Origin: Pseudomonadales bacterium
Lineage (GTDB): Bacteria; Pseudomonadota; Gammaproteobacteria; Pseudomonadales; Azotimanducaceae
Assembly: GCA_022822135.1 (NCBI GenBank)
Contig: JAJECH010000062.1
Coordinates: 18,498 to 82,497 of the forward strand
DNA length: 64,000 bases
Reading direction: 5' to 3'
Shown: one piece after another, positions 1-9,554 of the stretch
Position numbering within the stretch: the first letter of the stretch is position 1
How the letters are laid out: each line of letters starts with the position of its first letter
Notes under the pieces: model-generated
Database searches by the model: none
What the model was told of the DNA's origin: nothing
What the model saw: only the letters and a program-made list of their open reading frames with translations
Made by a program: the position numbers and the translations under genes

Positions 1-1
1 T

Positions 2-1195
2 TGGTTTGACAACTACCTCGGCGTGGTCTCGCTCGTACGCGTGTTTGCTGGTGAACTTCGTAAAGGCGACCGAATCGTTGCTTATTCAGTCGGACAGACT
101 CACACGATTGACGAAGTTGGCGTCTTCACGCCACGTCGAGAAAAAGTAGACGTGCTGCAAAGTGGGGAAGTTGGTTACGTCGTTGCAGGTATCAAGGAAA
201 TCCACGGGGCACCCGTCGGAGATACGCTGGTTTTTGCCAATAGCGAAACACCCGCGCTACCAGGATTCGCGAAAGCGAAGCCACAGATTTTTGCAGGGTT
301 GTACCCGTCTAACTCAGACGACTTTGAAGCGATGCGAATCGCGTTAGAAAAACTCTGCTTGAATGACGCAGCGTTGCACTTTGAGGTCGAAACATCGGAT
401 GCACTAGGTTTCGGTTTTCGCTGTGGTTTCCTCGGGATGCTCCACATGGAGATCGTGCAGGAACGGTTAGAGCGTGAATACGACCTTGACCTCATCACGT
501 CCGCACCGTCGGTAGTCTACGAGGTAGTCGACCGAGACGGCGAAACCTTACGGATCGACAATCCCTCCCAGCTTGATGATTCCGGTCGTATTGTGGAGAT
601 CCGCGAACCGATTGCCGAGGTCAACATACTGGTGCCACCCGACTATCTCGGTAATGTCATCGAGCTTTGCATTGGTCGGCGAGGCGTGCAGAGAAGCATG
701 CTCTTCACGGGTGGACAAGTGTCGCTGCGGTTCGATATACCTATGAGTGAGGTCGTGCTTGACTTCTTCGACAAGCTCAAATCGGTCAGTCGAGGCTATG
801 CGTCGCTTGATTACTCATTTGATCGCTTCGAAACGGCACCACTAGTCAAAGTCGATATCTTGATCAACGGAACAAAAATCGACAGCCTAGCGATGATCGT
901 ACATCGTGAACGCGCGAATGCTCGGGGTCGCGAGATGGCTTCATCGATGAAAGCGCTGATCCCAAGACAAATGTTCGACGTTGCAATTCAGGCCGCGATC
1001 GGGCGACAAGTGATCGCTCGTACGACCGTCAAAGCGTACCGTAAAAACGTTACCGCGAAGTGCTACGGCGGCGACGTGACGAGGAAGAAAAAGCTACTCG
1101 AGAAGCAAAAAGAAGGTAAGAAACGTATGAAGCAGGTGGGGAAGGTGGATATTCCACAAGAGGCCTTTCTTGCTGCTTTGAGCGTAGATCGATGA
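2..1195 (+). CDS. lepA: Elongation factor 4 (LepA), 5'-truncated by the window edge
   Basis: The frame is open from nt 2 ([14 protein letters not shown]...). The C-terminal LepA-type domain with the basic tail [25 protein letters not shown] is present. The stop overlaps the next start (ATGA). Confidence 0.95.
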   Translation, partial: WFDNYLGVVSLVRVFAGELRKGDRIVAYSVGQTHTIDEVGVFTPRREKVDVLQSGEVGYVVAGIKEIHGAPVGDTLVFANSETPALPGFAKAKPQIFAGLYPSNSDDFEAMRIALEKLCLNDAALHFEVETSDALGFGFRCGFLGMLHMEIVQERLEREYDLDLITSAPSVVYEVVDRDGETLRIDNPSQLDDSGRIVEIREPIAEVNILVPPDYLGNVIELCIGRRGVQRSMLFTGGQVSLRFDIPMSEVVLDFFDKLKSVSRGYASLDYSFDRFETAPLVKVDILINGTKIDSLAMIVHRERANARGREMASSMKALIPRQMFDVAIQAAIGRQVIARTTVKAYRKNVTAKCYGGDVTRKKKLLEKQKEGKKRMKQVGKVDIPQEAFLAALSVDR

Positions 1196-1902
1196 AGCTC
1201 AATCTCTACGACGCGATATTCGGGATATTTCGACATTGGCGTCTTCAAACTCGCATAGGGTATCGCTTCAAAGACCTCACCCGTCTAGACGAAGCGTTGA
1301 CGCATGCAAGTGTGGACCGTGTCAACAACGAGCGGCTTGAGTTCCTTGGTGATTCGGTTCTTGAATTGATCGTTTCAGAGTACCTATACCGCCAGTACTC
1401 CGATATCGATGAAGGTACGTTGACGCAGTTGAAGATCATGAGTGTTAACAACGTGCATTTGCAGTCCGTCGCGCTTAATCTCGGTTTGGATGAGCAGTTG
1501 TTTATTGGGAAAGGTATGTACAACGTTGAAAACCGTGGCGTCAAAATGTATGCGGACGTTGTTGAAGCGTTGATCGGCGCAATTTACATCGATGGAGGTC
1601 TTCGGCCCGCGCGTAAGTTCATTGACAAATTTGTGATACAGACCTTGCCGACGCTTGAAGAAACTCAAATGCACCCGAAGACGGCGCTTCAGAATTGGGT
1701 ATCGAAGCAAGGTATGGAATATCCGGAATACGATGTTGTGCAAGATCCTAAACGGTCTGGCGGTTCCGATTGGCACGTTAAGTGCACAATCAAGCGACTT
1801 GCCATCACACGTACCGCTGCAGCTCGCTCTCGCAAGGCTGCAGAAACAGAAGCGGCTCGGCAGATTTTGGATTCGTTAGGCATCATGGCAAATGGTGCTT
1901 GA
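1192..1902 (+). CDS. rnc: Ribonuclease III, paralog 1 (nuclease domain plus dsRBD)
   Basis: It has the RNase III signature [16 protein letters not shown] and the second catalytic segment [19 protein letters not shown]-terminal dsRBD is present (KTALQNWV...[15 protein letters not shown]). It retains the DEG motif. Confidence 0.85.
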   Translation: MKLNLYDAIFGIFRHWRLQTRIGYRFKDLTRLDEALTHASVDRVNNERLEFLGDSVLELIVSEYLYRQYSDIDEGTLTQLKIMSVNNVHLQSVALNLGLDEQLFIGKGMYNVENRGVKMYADVVEALIGAIYIDGGLRPARKFIDKFVIQTLPTLEETQMHPKTALQNWVSKQGMEYPEYDVVQDPKRSGGSDWHVKCTIKRLAITRTAAARSRKAAETEAARQILDSLGIMANGA

Positions 1903-1935
1903 GAGCGCCTAATTTTTGGGCGCGATTGATTCTCG

Positions 1936-2607
1936 ATGAATGAAAAGGACCTTGCTGACTTGCAAGACGCCATTGGCTACCAATTCAAGGACACGTCGAT
2001 TCTTGAACGAGCGTTGGTGCACGCAAGCGCGGACGTCGAAAACAACGAGCGTCTCGAATTCCTTGGCGACGCAGCCTTGGGCTATGCGGTGAGTTCGGCG
2101 TTGTTCGAACGCATGTCAAAAAAGTCAGTGGGTGTGTTGGCGGAACGAAAATCCATCCTCGTCAGCAATAAACGTCTGACACAGGTTGCAGTTTCGTTAG
2201 GTATCGATAAGCGCATGCGGTTAGGTAACAGCATCGCAAACAATCGGACGGTTAATCGAAAGATCTATGCAGACGCACTTGAGGCTGTGATCGGTGCAAT
2301 TTCGATGGACGGGGGACTTGACGCGGTTCAGGCATTTGTCGATCAGCACCTCTATCCGCTTGAAAGTAAACCCTTGGATTTAGAGCGGCATGCGAAGTCA
2401 CGGTTACAGGAGTGGGCTGATTGGGCGGGTTTTGAGTCGCCAGTTTACGATGTCGTCAAGCATGAATCTCACCCGAACGGCGAACTTTGGCAGGTGCACT
2501 GTACGGTCAAAGACCTCAACCACGACGGTGAAGGCGTCGCACACTCGAAACGGGAAGCAGAACGCATCGCCGCGGAAGTCCTTCTGTACAAAATCGGTGG
2601 GAAATGA
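1936..2607 (+). CDS. rnc: Ribonuclease III, paralog 2 (nuclease domain plus dsRBD)
   Basis: It has the signature [16 protein letters not shown], the segment YADALEAVIGAISMDGG, and a dsRBD (KSRLQEWA...HSKREAERIAAEVL). Its stop overlaps the era start, which is the usual rnc-era coupling. Confidence 0.85.
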   Translation: MNEKDLADLQDAIGYQFKDTSILERALVHASADVENNERLEFLGDAALGYAVSSALFERMSKKSVGVLAERKSILVSNKRLTQVAVSLGIDKRMRLGNSIANNRTVNRKIYADALEAVIGAISMDGGLDAVQAFVDQHLYPLESKPLDLERHAKSRLQEWADWAGFESPVYDVVKHESHPNGELWQVHCTVKDLNHDGEGVAHSKREAERIAAEVLLYKIGGK

Positions 2608-3503
2608 ACACCGCAACCAAGTCAGGCTACATCACGATCATCGGACGACCCAACGTTGGTAAGTCCACGCTCCTGAATCATTGCCTCGACATGAAACTGA
2701 GCATCACGTCGCGGAAGCCCCAGACGACACGACATCAATTACTTGGTGTGCTAACCCGCGGTTCGTGTCAGTTTATGTTTCTGGACACACCGGGCATCAA
2801 TGCTGGGCGTAAACGAACGGGAAGTTCCATAGAACGATACATGAACCGCCAAGCGCTGAGTACGCTCAACGATGTTGACGTGATCTTGTTCTTGGTTGAA
2901 GGTACGGGTTGGCGCGATGGCGATGCGACGGTGCTCAAGCACCTTGCGAAGACCGACTTACCGGTCATCTGCGTACTCACCAAAGTTGACCGTGTTCGAA
3001 ACAAATCGCAGCTATTACCACTCATCGAAAAGGTAGCAAGTAAGAGTAAATTTCAGGCTATAGTCCCGGTCGCAGCATTGCGCAATGAAGGATTGGACAT
3101 GTTGCTCGACGCTATCGAAAGCGAACTAGAGGAAGGACCTCACCTGTTTAACGCGGATGAGGTAACGGATCGCTCAACCTCGTTTCTGGTCGGTGAAATG
3201 ATTCGTGAACAGGTCGTTAGACAATTAGGGGCTGAATTACCGCATCGAAGCACCGTACTCGTCGAACGATTCGAAGAGGCGCAAGACCAGACTACGATTT
3301 TTGCATCCATCTGCATCGAGCGTGACAGTCAAAAACGCATAGTCATCGGGAAAGGCGGTAGTCGACTCCGGTCGATCGGCGAAGCTGCACGTCACAACAT
3401 CGCAGATTTTCTGGGCAAGAGCATCGATCTACGTTTGCACGTTCGGGTGCGATCAGGTTGGACTGAGAGCCACAAGCACCTAGCTGAATTCGGTTACAAG
3501 TAG
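2604..3503 (+). CDS. era: GTPase Era
   Basis: The G1 motif GRPNVGKST, DTPG and TKVD are present. A C-terminal KH domain is present (VIGKGGSRLRSIG). The position after rnc is conserved. Confidence 0.95.
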   Translation: MNTATKSGYITIIGRPNVGKSTLLNHCLDMKLSITSRKPQTTRHQLLGVLTRGSCQFMFLDTPGINAGRKRTGSSIERYMNRQALSTLNDVDVILFLVEGTGWRDGDATVLKHLAKTDLPVICVLTKVDRVRNKSQLLPLIEKVASKSKFQAIVPVAALRNEGLDMLLDAIESELEEGPHLFNADEVTDRSTSFLVGEMIREQVVRQLGAELPHRSTVLVERFEEAQDQTTIFASICIERDSQKRIVIGKGGSRLRSIGEAARHNIADFLGKSIDLRLHVRVRSGWTESHKHLAEFGYK

Positions 3504-3510
3504 TTCAACG

Positions 3511-4230
3511 ATGCTTCACGAAACCTGTTACGTACTTCGCAGGCGCGCCTACAGCGAAACCAGCCTCCTTCTGGAAATGCTGACGAGCGAATCACGTTAC
3601 GTTCACGCAATGTATCGCGGTGCGAAACGTAACGGGTCGACTCCGATCGATCTTTTTTCTGAGTACGCGATGAGCTGGCGTCCGCGGGATGGCTTGGTCA
3701 CGCTTCGGTCGTGTGAGCTCAAGCACGTTTCTACGCTAGGTGGTAATGCGCTTTACGCCGGACTATATGTCAATGAACTCGTGCGACGCGGCATGCGTGA
3801 AAACCAAGTTGTCGATGACGTGCAACCAGCGTACCAGTCCGCGGTGACCTCCCTCGAACAAGCAGAGGCAGACTTGGATGTCGTGCTGCGATCGTTCGAG
3901 AAGCGGTTCCTTAAGGCATTGGGTTTTGAGCTGGAATTCCATCGCGAGCAAGCGACCGGCGACGTAATCTCGTCAAATTCCAACTATCTATTTGACCCGA
4001 TCCTAGGGTTTACGAAGTCAGCGGATGCTGAAGAAACATCTTATCCTGGACACGTGCTTTTGAATATATCTGTTAATCGATTCGAACAACCCGAAACGCG
4101 CCAAGCAGCAAAATTAATACTTCGGGACGCACTTTATCACCATCTCGGTGAAAGAGCATTAAAAGCGAGATCGCTTTTGTCCGCTAAGCAATATCGTGAG
4201 GAAGTCTCCGGAGCGACCGCACATGACTGA
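3511..4230 (+). CDS. recO: DNA repair protein RecO
   Basis: The size (239 aa), the N-terminal OB-fold-like YVLRRRAYSETSLLLEMLT, and the conserved era-recO synteny all fit RecO. Confidence 0.85.
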   Translation: MLHETCYVLRRRAYSETSLLLEMLTSESRYVHAMYRGAKRNGSTPIDLFSEYAMSWRPRDGLVTLRSCELKHVSTLGGNALYAGLYVNELVRRGMRENQVVDDVQPAYQSAVTSLEQAEADLDVVLRSFEKRFLKALGFELEFHREQATGDVISSNSNYLFDPILGFTKSADAEETSYPGHVLLNISVNRFEQPETRQAAKLILRDALYHHLGERALKARSLLSAKQYREEVSGATAHD

Positions 4231-6154
4231 GCTCGCGGACAAACCTGACCTGAACTCGCATTGGTTCATCAGCAAAACTCGGTCAAGGATTGAGTTAACC
4301 GAAACCAATCGCGAATTAATCGAACATATAGAGTGTGCTCTATCTACAGCTGATCTTCAAGAACAGGCTAACCTACTCGTTGACCAGCTACTGCACTTGC
4401 CGGTGGATTCGCCAACGCTTATCGCTGGTTTAGCGTTCTTTGCAGCGACCGATGGTGACTTAGATCCGAACACGCTCGGCACTGGTGATGCCGGCAATCT
4501 GCTTTCGACTTTGGTACGACTCTCAAGTGCTGACTCGGCTGCTACGACCAGTGCGCTACTCCAGGTTCGCCGTAATCGACGACAATCCGACAACGTGCGC
4601 CGCATGCTGGTGGCAATGATCGACGATCCACGCGTGGTCGTGTTGAAGATGGCAGAACGGTTGGTCCGATTACATCCAAGGCGCTTCGATGGATCTGAGG
4701 AAAGCAGACGTGCCGCCAGCGAGGTCCTTCACTTTTACGCGCCGCTCGCCAGTCGGCTCGGTATTTGGCAGCTAAAGTGGGTTCTCGAGGATTTCGCGTT
4801 TCGTTGCCTTCAACCAGATGATTACTTAGACATCGCGTCGCGGTTCAAAGAACGGCGATCACAGCGGGAAGAGCTGGTATCGAAGATTCAATCCGATCTA
4901 CGCTGGCGATTGAATGAACTTGGCATCACTGCAGAAATCCTGGGTCGCGCCAAGAACATCTACGGTATCTATCGCAAGATGCGTGAGAAAGACATCGCCT
5001 TTAACGATGTTCACGACGTGCTTGCCATACGAGTGATTGTTGATTCCGTGCCTGAGTGTTATCAGGTCCTGGGCGTGGTGCACATGTCATGGCCATACAT
5101 AGGTGCGGAATTCGACGATTACATCGCCAATCCCAAGTCAAACGGCTATCGGTCGCTGCACACTGCAGTCTATGGACCGCAGGGAAGGGTCTTAGAAGTT
5201 CAGATACGCACGCGCGAGATGCATGTCGATTCCGAGTTGGGTGTTTGCTCGCATTGGAGTTACAAGGGCGAAAACGACGCGAGTCTGGAAGATGAATCGA
5301 TCGACTGGATGCGTGAAGTACTAAATTGGCATGAAGCGCTTGATCCGGTAGAAGACACTGACGCGACAAGTCGCGAAAACAGCGACGCCGAAAAGAAGAC
5401 CTACGTTTCAACACCTCAACGACACATCGTTGATTTAGAAGCAGGATCGACAGCTCTCGACTTCGCGTTCAAAGTACATACGGACATCGGGCTACATTGC
5501 GTGGGGGCTCTGGTCGACGGCGAAGAAGCTGCTTTAAACACCGAATTGAAGACGGGACAGACCGTTGAGATATTGACGCAACCGCGTGCGACGCCGCAGC
5601 GCCGGTGGCTCGACCCAGACCTGATGTACTTCAAGACCTCGAAGACGCGTGAATTACTGCGGGGCTACTTTCAAGACTTCGATCGCACACACAATGCGAA
5701 AGCTGGTCGAGATTGGGTGCAGCAAGAGATCGATCGCTTAAACCTGAAACTAACTCCAGAAGAAGCGGCGCGGGCACTAGATTTCGGTTCGCCTGATGAA
5801 CTGTTTATCGAGGTAGCCTTGGGTTCGATGAAAGCACGACAGATGCTGGTGGAGATCGCTCAACTTCAGTTCGAAGTGAGTGAAGTGCTGCAGACCGACG
5901 AAGACTCAAAAGTCACGATGCAAATCCACTTGTCAGCACTGGATCGCAAGAATCTGATACGTGATATCACACGCGAAATTGCGGAGTTGAATGTGAACAT
6001 CGTCAATCTCAAACTTGGCGCGCCGGCACTAGATAAAGAAGCGACCGCAGATATTTGGGTGCAAGTTAGCGGATTGGGCGAAGCATCCTTGGTCATCGTG
6101 AGCTTGCGACGTCTACACCGTGTCACTGATGTTCGGTTAGTGGGCTCCGGTTAA
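4223..6154 (+). CDS. relA: GTP pyrophosphokinase RelA-like RSH protein with a degenerate hydrolase domain, a synthetase domain, TGS and a C-terminal ACT/RRM domain; no ZFD/CC segment
   Basis: DNVRRMLVAMIDDPRVVVLKMAERL and the synthetase core YGIYRKMREKDIAFNDVHDVLAIRVIV...GYRSLHTAV are present. A TGS domain (TGQTVEILT) is present. I prefer the ATG at 4223 (GGAG 9 nt upstream) over the GTG at 4196. Confidence 0.85.
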   Translation: MTELADKPDLNSHWFISKTRSRIELTETNRELIEHIECALSTADLQEQANLLVDQLLHLPVDSPTLIAGLAFFAATDGDLDPNTLGTGDAGNLLSTLVRLSSADSAATTSALLQVRRNRRQSDNVRRMLVAMIDDPRVVVLKMAERLVRLHPRRFDGSEESRRAASEVLHFYAPLASRLGIWQLKWVLEDFAFRCLQPDDYLDIASRFKERRSQREELVSKIQSDLRWRLNELGITAEILGRAKNIYGIYRKMREKDIAFNDVHDVLAIRVIVDSVPECYQVLGVVHMSWPYIGAEFDDYIANPKSNGYRSLHTAVYGPQGRVLEVQIRTREMHVDSELGVCSHWSYKGENDASLEDESIDWMREVLNWHEALDPVEDTDATSRENSDAEKKTYVSTPQRHIVDLEAGSTALDFAFKVHTDIGLHCVGALVDGEEAALNTELKTGQTVEILTQPRATPQRRWLDPDLMYFKTSKTRELLRGYFQDFDRTHNAKAGRDWVQQEIDRLNLKLTPEEAARALDFGSPDELFIEVALGSMKARQMLVEIAQLQFEVSEVLQTDEDSKVTMQIHLSALDRKNLIRDITREIAELNVNIVNLKLGAPALDKEATADIWVQVSGLGEASLVIVSLRRLHRVTDVRLVGSG

Positions 6155-6189
6155 AAAGTCATCGGCTAGGGACTCCCGGTCGAGTTAGT

Positions 6190-7092
6190 ATGGCAAATGT
6201 TCAGCTGATACAGGTAGGTGAGCGCGCTGGTCAGCGACTGGACAACTTTCTACTTAGTTATTTAAAAGGAGTTCCGCGAAGCCGCGTATATCGAATGATT
6301 CGCTCCGGCGAAGTTCGTGTAAATGGGTCCAGACGACGCCCAAATTCCCGACTCGAATACGACGACCAAGTGCGAATTCCACCGGTTCGGATCGAGGAAC
6401 GTAGCGAGTCGGCAGCACCTCCGCGTTCGTGGCTGAACGATGTAAGGAACTCAGTCATATATGAAAACGAGAACCTTTTGGTGCTCAACAAACCGGTAGG
6501 GACCGCGGTACATGGTGGTACTGGCGAGTCATTCGGCATCGCCGAAACGCTTGAGCAGGCATTTGGGACCGCGGACATGCAATTGGCTCACCGATTAGAC
6601 AAGGCGACATCGGGGTGCTTAGTGATCGCGAAGAATCGTTCGACGCTAAATCGATATCACGACGCGTTTCGTAACAACGATATTAAGAAGACATACGACG
6701 TATTAGTCGAAGGTGGGTGGCCGAAAGAACTCGATTCAGTCGATGCTCGGCTTGAACGGTTCCACCTCGCGAATGGTGAGCGAAGGGTCCGAGTTAGCGA
6801 AGCTGGGCAGCGTTCACGAACGGCCTTTGACGTTGTCGCGCGATGTAACAGAGCTACTTGGCTCTTGGCTCGACCCGTCACGGGACGCACTCATCAGATT
6901 CGTGTACACGCGACCTTCGCGGGTTATCCGATCCTTGGTGATCGTAAGTACGGTAATCGCAAATTTCAACCACGCGCATCGCGAATGATGCTCCACGCGA
7001 GAGCGCTCGAATTGCCGGATATCGGCGAAGTAAACGCGCCCGTGCCTTCAGCGATCGTCAGCTACTGGGAGCGTCTGGCGCAAGCGGATTAA
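6190..7092 (+). CDS. rluC: 23S rRNA pseudouridine synthase, RluA family (RluC-like)
   Basis: An N-terminal S4 domain (RLDNFLLSYL...SRVYRMIRSGEVRVNG) and the catalytic HRLDKATSGCLVIAKN motif are present. It is adjacent to a convergent maf, as in E. coli rluC-yceF. Confidence 0.85.
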   Translation: MANVQLIQVGERAGQRLDNFLLSYLKGVPRSRVYRMIRSGEVRVNGSRRRPNSRLEYDDQVRIPPVRIEERSESAAPPRSWLNDVRNSVIYENENLLVLNKPVGTAVHGGTGESFGIAETLEQAFGTADMQLAHRLDKATSGCLVIAKNRSTLNRYHDAFRNNDIKKTYDVLVEGGWPKELDSVDARLERFHLANGERRVRVSEAGQRSRTAFDVVARCNRATWLLARPVTGRTHQIRVHATFAGYPILGDRKYGNRKFQPRASRMMLHARALELPDIGEVNAPVPSAIVSYWERLAQAD

Positions 7093-7657
7093 TCCCAAAA
7101 TCGCGTAACGTAGCTGCTAACCGTATTAGAGGAAGACCTATAAGTGCGCTCGGATCATCTGACGTAACTCGACTAAACATCAGTGAGCCACGTTGTTCCG
7201 ACTTAATGGCACCCGCCGTATCTAGCGGCGAGTCCAACGCGACATAGTTCTCGATTTCGGCTAGCGTCAAGTCGCGCATCACGACTTCTGTCGGTTCGAT
7301 GAATTGCCTTGAGTTATTCGCAGACAACACGGCAACAGCACTATGAAATGTCACCGTGCGGTTGGATAAGAGCTGGAGTTGCTTGATCGCGGCTTCCGTT
7401 GTTCCTGGCTTGCCTAACGCTTGACCGTCCAATGCACATACCTGGTCGCTGCCGATCACGATCGCACTAGGACAAACAGTCAAAACAGCGATTGCCTTTT
7501 GGTACGCGAGGCGTTTTGCGATTTCGGGTGGCGTCTCATCGGGAAGCGGCGTTTCGTCGATGTTCGAAGGCCTGGTTTCAAATTCGTAGCCAGCGGTTGA
7601 CAGCTGTTCGCGACGGTAACTGGAGCCGGATGCGAGGATCAGACGTGATTGCGCCAC
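7058..7657 (-). CDS. Maf-like nucleoside triphosphate pyrophosphatase (YceF type)
   Basis: The LILASGSSYRREQL Maf N-terminus is present. The ORF runs to an ATG at 7702, but the GTG at 7657 gives the canonical Maf N-terminus, so the start is uncertain. Confidence 0.8.
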   Translation of the reverse strand: MAQSRLILASGSSYRREQLSTAGYEFETRPSNIDETPLPDETPPEIAKRLAYQKAIAVLTVCPSAIVIGSDQVCALDGQALGKPGTTEAAIKQLQLLSNRTVTFHSAVAVLSANNSRQFIEPTEVVMRDLTLAEIENYVALDSPLDTAGAIKSEQRGSLMFSRVTSDDPSALIGLPLIRLAATLRDFGINPLAPDAPSS

Positions 7658-7782
7658 AGTGAAAAGCCAGTTAAAGAGATGCTGGAAGCATTGAAAACTC
7701 AAATACGCACTTCGATCGAGAAGCTACGAGTCATCGAATTGCGTAGTATTTTGCAGGTCTTTTTCATCAGCTAACGTTTGCC

Positions 7783-8286
7783 GTGAAGGTATCACCTCGC
7801 GACTTTGCTCGAAAAAATCGTCGCTGGCGTGGCGAGGTACCGACGACGTCGTTTGATCGGCTCATGAACGAAATAACGACGGACAGCAAGTCTGTCGAGG
7901 TCGATCTCGCTTTTACGCATGACGAAAATAACCTGATAAGGATGCAAGGTCACGCCTCGGTGATCGCAGGGGTAGCGTGTCATCGTTGCGCAGAATCGGT
8001 CGAGACGACGATTCACGCGGATATCGACGCCCGAATCGTAGAGTCTGATGAAACTGCTAGGCAATTGGCGCAAGACTCAGATGTGATCGTGATCGAGGAC
8101 AATCCAGTTGCGGTAAGTGAGCTGATTGAGGACGATCTGATACTGAGTATTCCTTGGCGAGTTTGCGAAAACGAAAAGAATTGCCGTAACCTGAAAAACG
8201 ACGCTGCTGCAGAAACGCAAGACGAAAAACCAAGTGAATCTTCTCAGAAACCCTTTGCTAATCTGCGCGAACTTTTAAATCGATAG
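7783..8286 (+). CDS. yceD: YceD/DUF177 family protein (large ribosomal subunit accumulation protein)
   Basis: It lies immediately upstream of rpmF. It has the CxRC motif (CHRCAESV) and an acidic C-terminus, as is typical of YceD. Confidence 0.85.
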   Translation: MKVSPRDFARKNRRWRGEVPTTSFDRLMNEITTDSKSVEVDLAFTHDENNLIRMQGHASVIAGVACHRCAESVETTIHADIDARIVESDETARQLAQDSDVIVIEDNPVAVSELIEDDLILSIPWRVCENEKNCRNLKNDAAAETQDEKPSESSQKPFANLRELLNR

Positions 8287-8331
8287 TTGATAATTACGCG
8301 CTTTCAATTGGATTCTCCACGGGACTGAACT

Positions 8332-8523
8332 ATGGCGGTCCAACAGAACCGTAAGACGCGTTCGAAACGTGACAAGCGTCGTACGCACCAGAAAATCAAG
8401 AAACCGGCCATCTCGATGGATCCTCTGACGGGGGACATTCATCTGCGGCACCATGTAAGCCCGGACGGCATTTATCGTGGCGAGCAAGTTGCTGGCGTTG
8501 AACCTGAATTAGACGACGATTAA
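8332..8523 (+). CDS. rpmF: 50S ribosomal protein L32
   Basis: [19 protein letters not shown] is the canonical L32 N-terminus. Confidence 0.97.
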   Translation: MAVQQNRKTRSKRDKRRTHQKIKKPAISMDPLTGDIHLRHHVSPDGIYRGEQVAGVEPELDDD

Positions 8524-8550
8524 CGTCTCCGCAGATTTGAGTCTGCAACC

Positions 8551-9549
8551 ATGTCCCGCCCCTGCCGGATCGCGGTTGATTTATTAGGTGCAGAGCTCCC
8601 TGCAGCTGATTTGCTGAAAGGGGCGACTGACGCACTCGAGCACCATTCGAAATGCGAGTTGACGTTTATTTGTGACCGTCGCGAGCTTAAATCCAGGGTA
8701 TGCGATGCTCAACGAATTGTTCATTGCACAGACTGGGTGCACGAGCAGGATTCGTTACGGGAAGTATTAGCGGAACGAAAACGGAGCTCGATGCACATCG
8801 GGATGCACATGCTCCAGGATGGCGACATCGAGGGCTTCGTGAGTGTTGGCAGTACGGGCGCGCTCATGGCACTCGGGCGGCATCTCTTGCACACGCCCGA
8901 AGGTATTGATCGACCTGCGGTGATCAAGGAATTCGATGGTCGACAGCGACCGTTTTGGATGCTTGATCTCGGCGCTAATATCGTGCGGAAACCATCAACG
9001 TTGCACCAGTTTGCGAAATTGGGCGTCGCGTACGCGAACCAAGTAGGTAAGGTAAAACAGCCACGAGTTGCGTTGTTGAATATTGGTATCGAAGAGCGAA
9101 AAGGTCCGGCCCTTTTAAGAGACGCGGCTCAAATGCTGGAGCAGACCCGCGATGTGGACTTCGTTGGATTTGTTGAACCGAGTCGAATATTCGATGGGAC
9201 TGCGGATGTTGTCGTTACTGACGGATATGCTGGCAATATCGCGCTGAAATCGGTAGAAGGTACGGTCAACTTCATTCGAGATGTGTTTCTCAATGAACTA
9301 GCGGAAGATGCCAGCGACGATGCCGCAAAGCTCATACGTAAACCCGCGCGAAAGCGTTTTCGCCGTCTAATGAAGAAGCTTGACTCGCAACGACATAACG
9401 GCGCGAGTTTCGTTGGTTTAAATGGCGTTGTTGTGAAGAGCCACAACAGTACATCGAAAGCTGGCATGACCGCGGCGATCGACCAAGCAGTGCGAGAAGT
9501 CGAGTTGCAGGTGCCAGACAAGATCAGAGAATTTTTTTCAAAGGAGTAA
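8551..9549 (+). CDS. plsX: Phosphate acyltransferase PlsX
   Basis: The size is 332 aa. The motifs GFVSVGSTGALMA and DGYAGNIALKSVEG are present. The rpmF-plsX synteny is conserved. Confidence 0.95.
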   Translation: MSRPCRIAVDLLGAELPAADLLKGATDALEHHSKCELTFICDRRELKSRVCDAQRIVHCTDWVHEQDSLREVLAERKRSSMHIGMHMLQDGDIEGFVSVGSTGALMALGRHLLHTPEGIDRPAVIKEFDGRQRPFWMLDLGANIVRKPSTLHQFAKLGVAYANQVGKVKQPRVALLNIGIEERKGPALLRDAAQMLEQTRDVDFVGFVEPSRIFDGTADVVVTDGYAGNIALKSVEGTVNFIRDVFLNELAEDASDDAAKLIRKPARKRFRRLMKKLDSQRHNGASFVGLNGVVVKSHNSTSKAGMTAAIDQAVREVELQVPDKIREFFSKE

Positions 9550-9554
9550 GTTGG

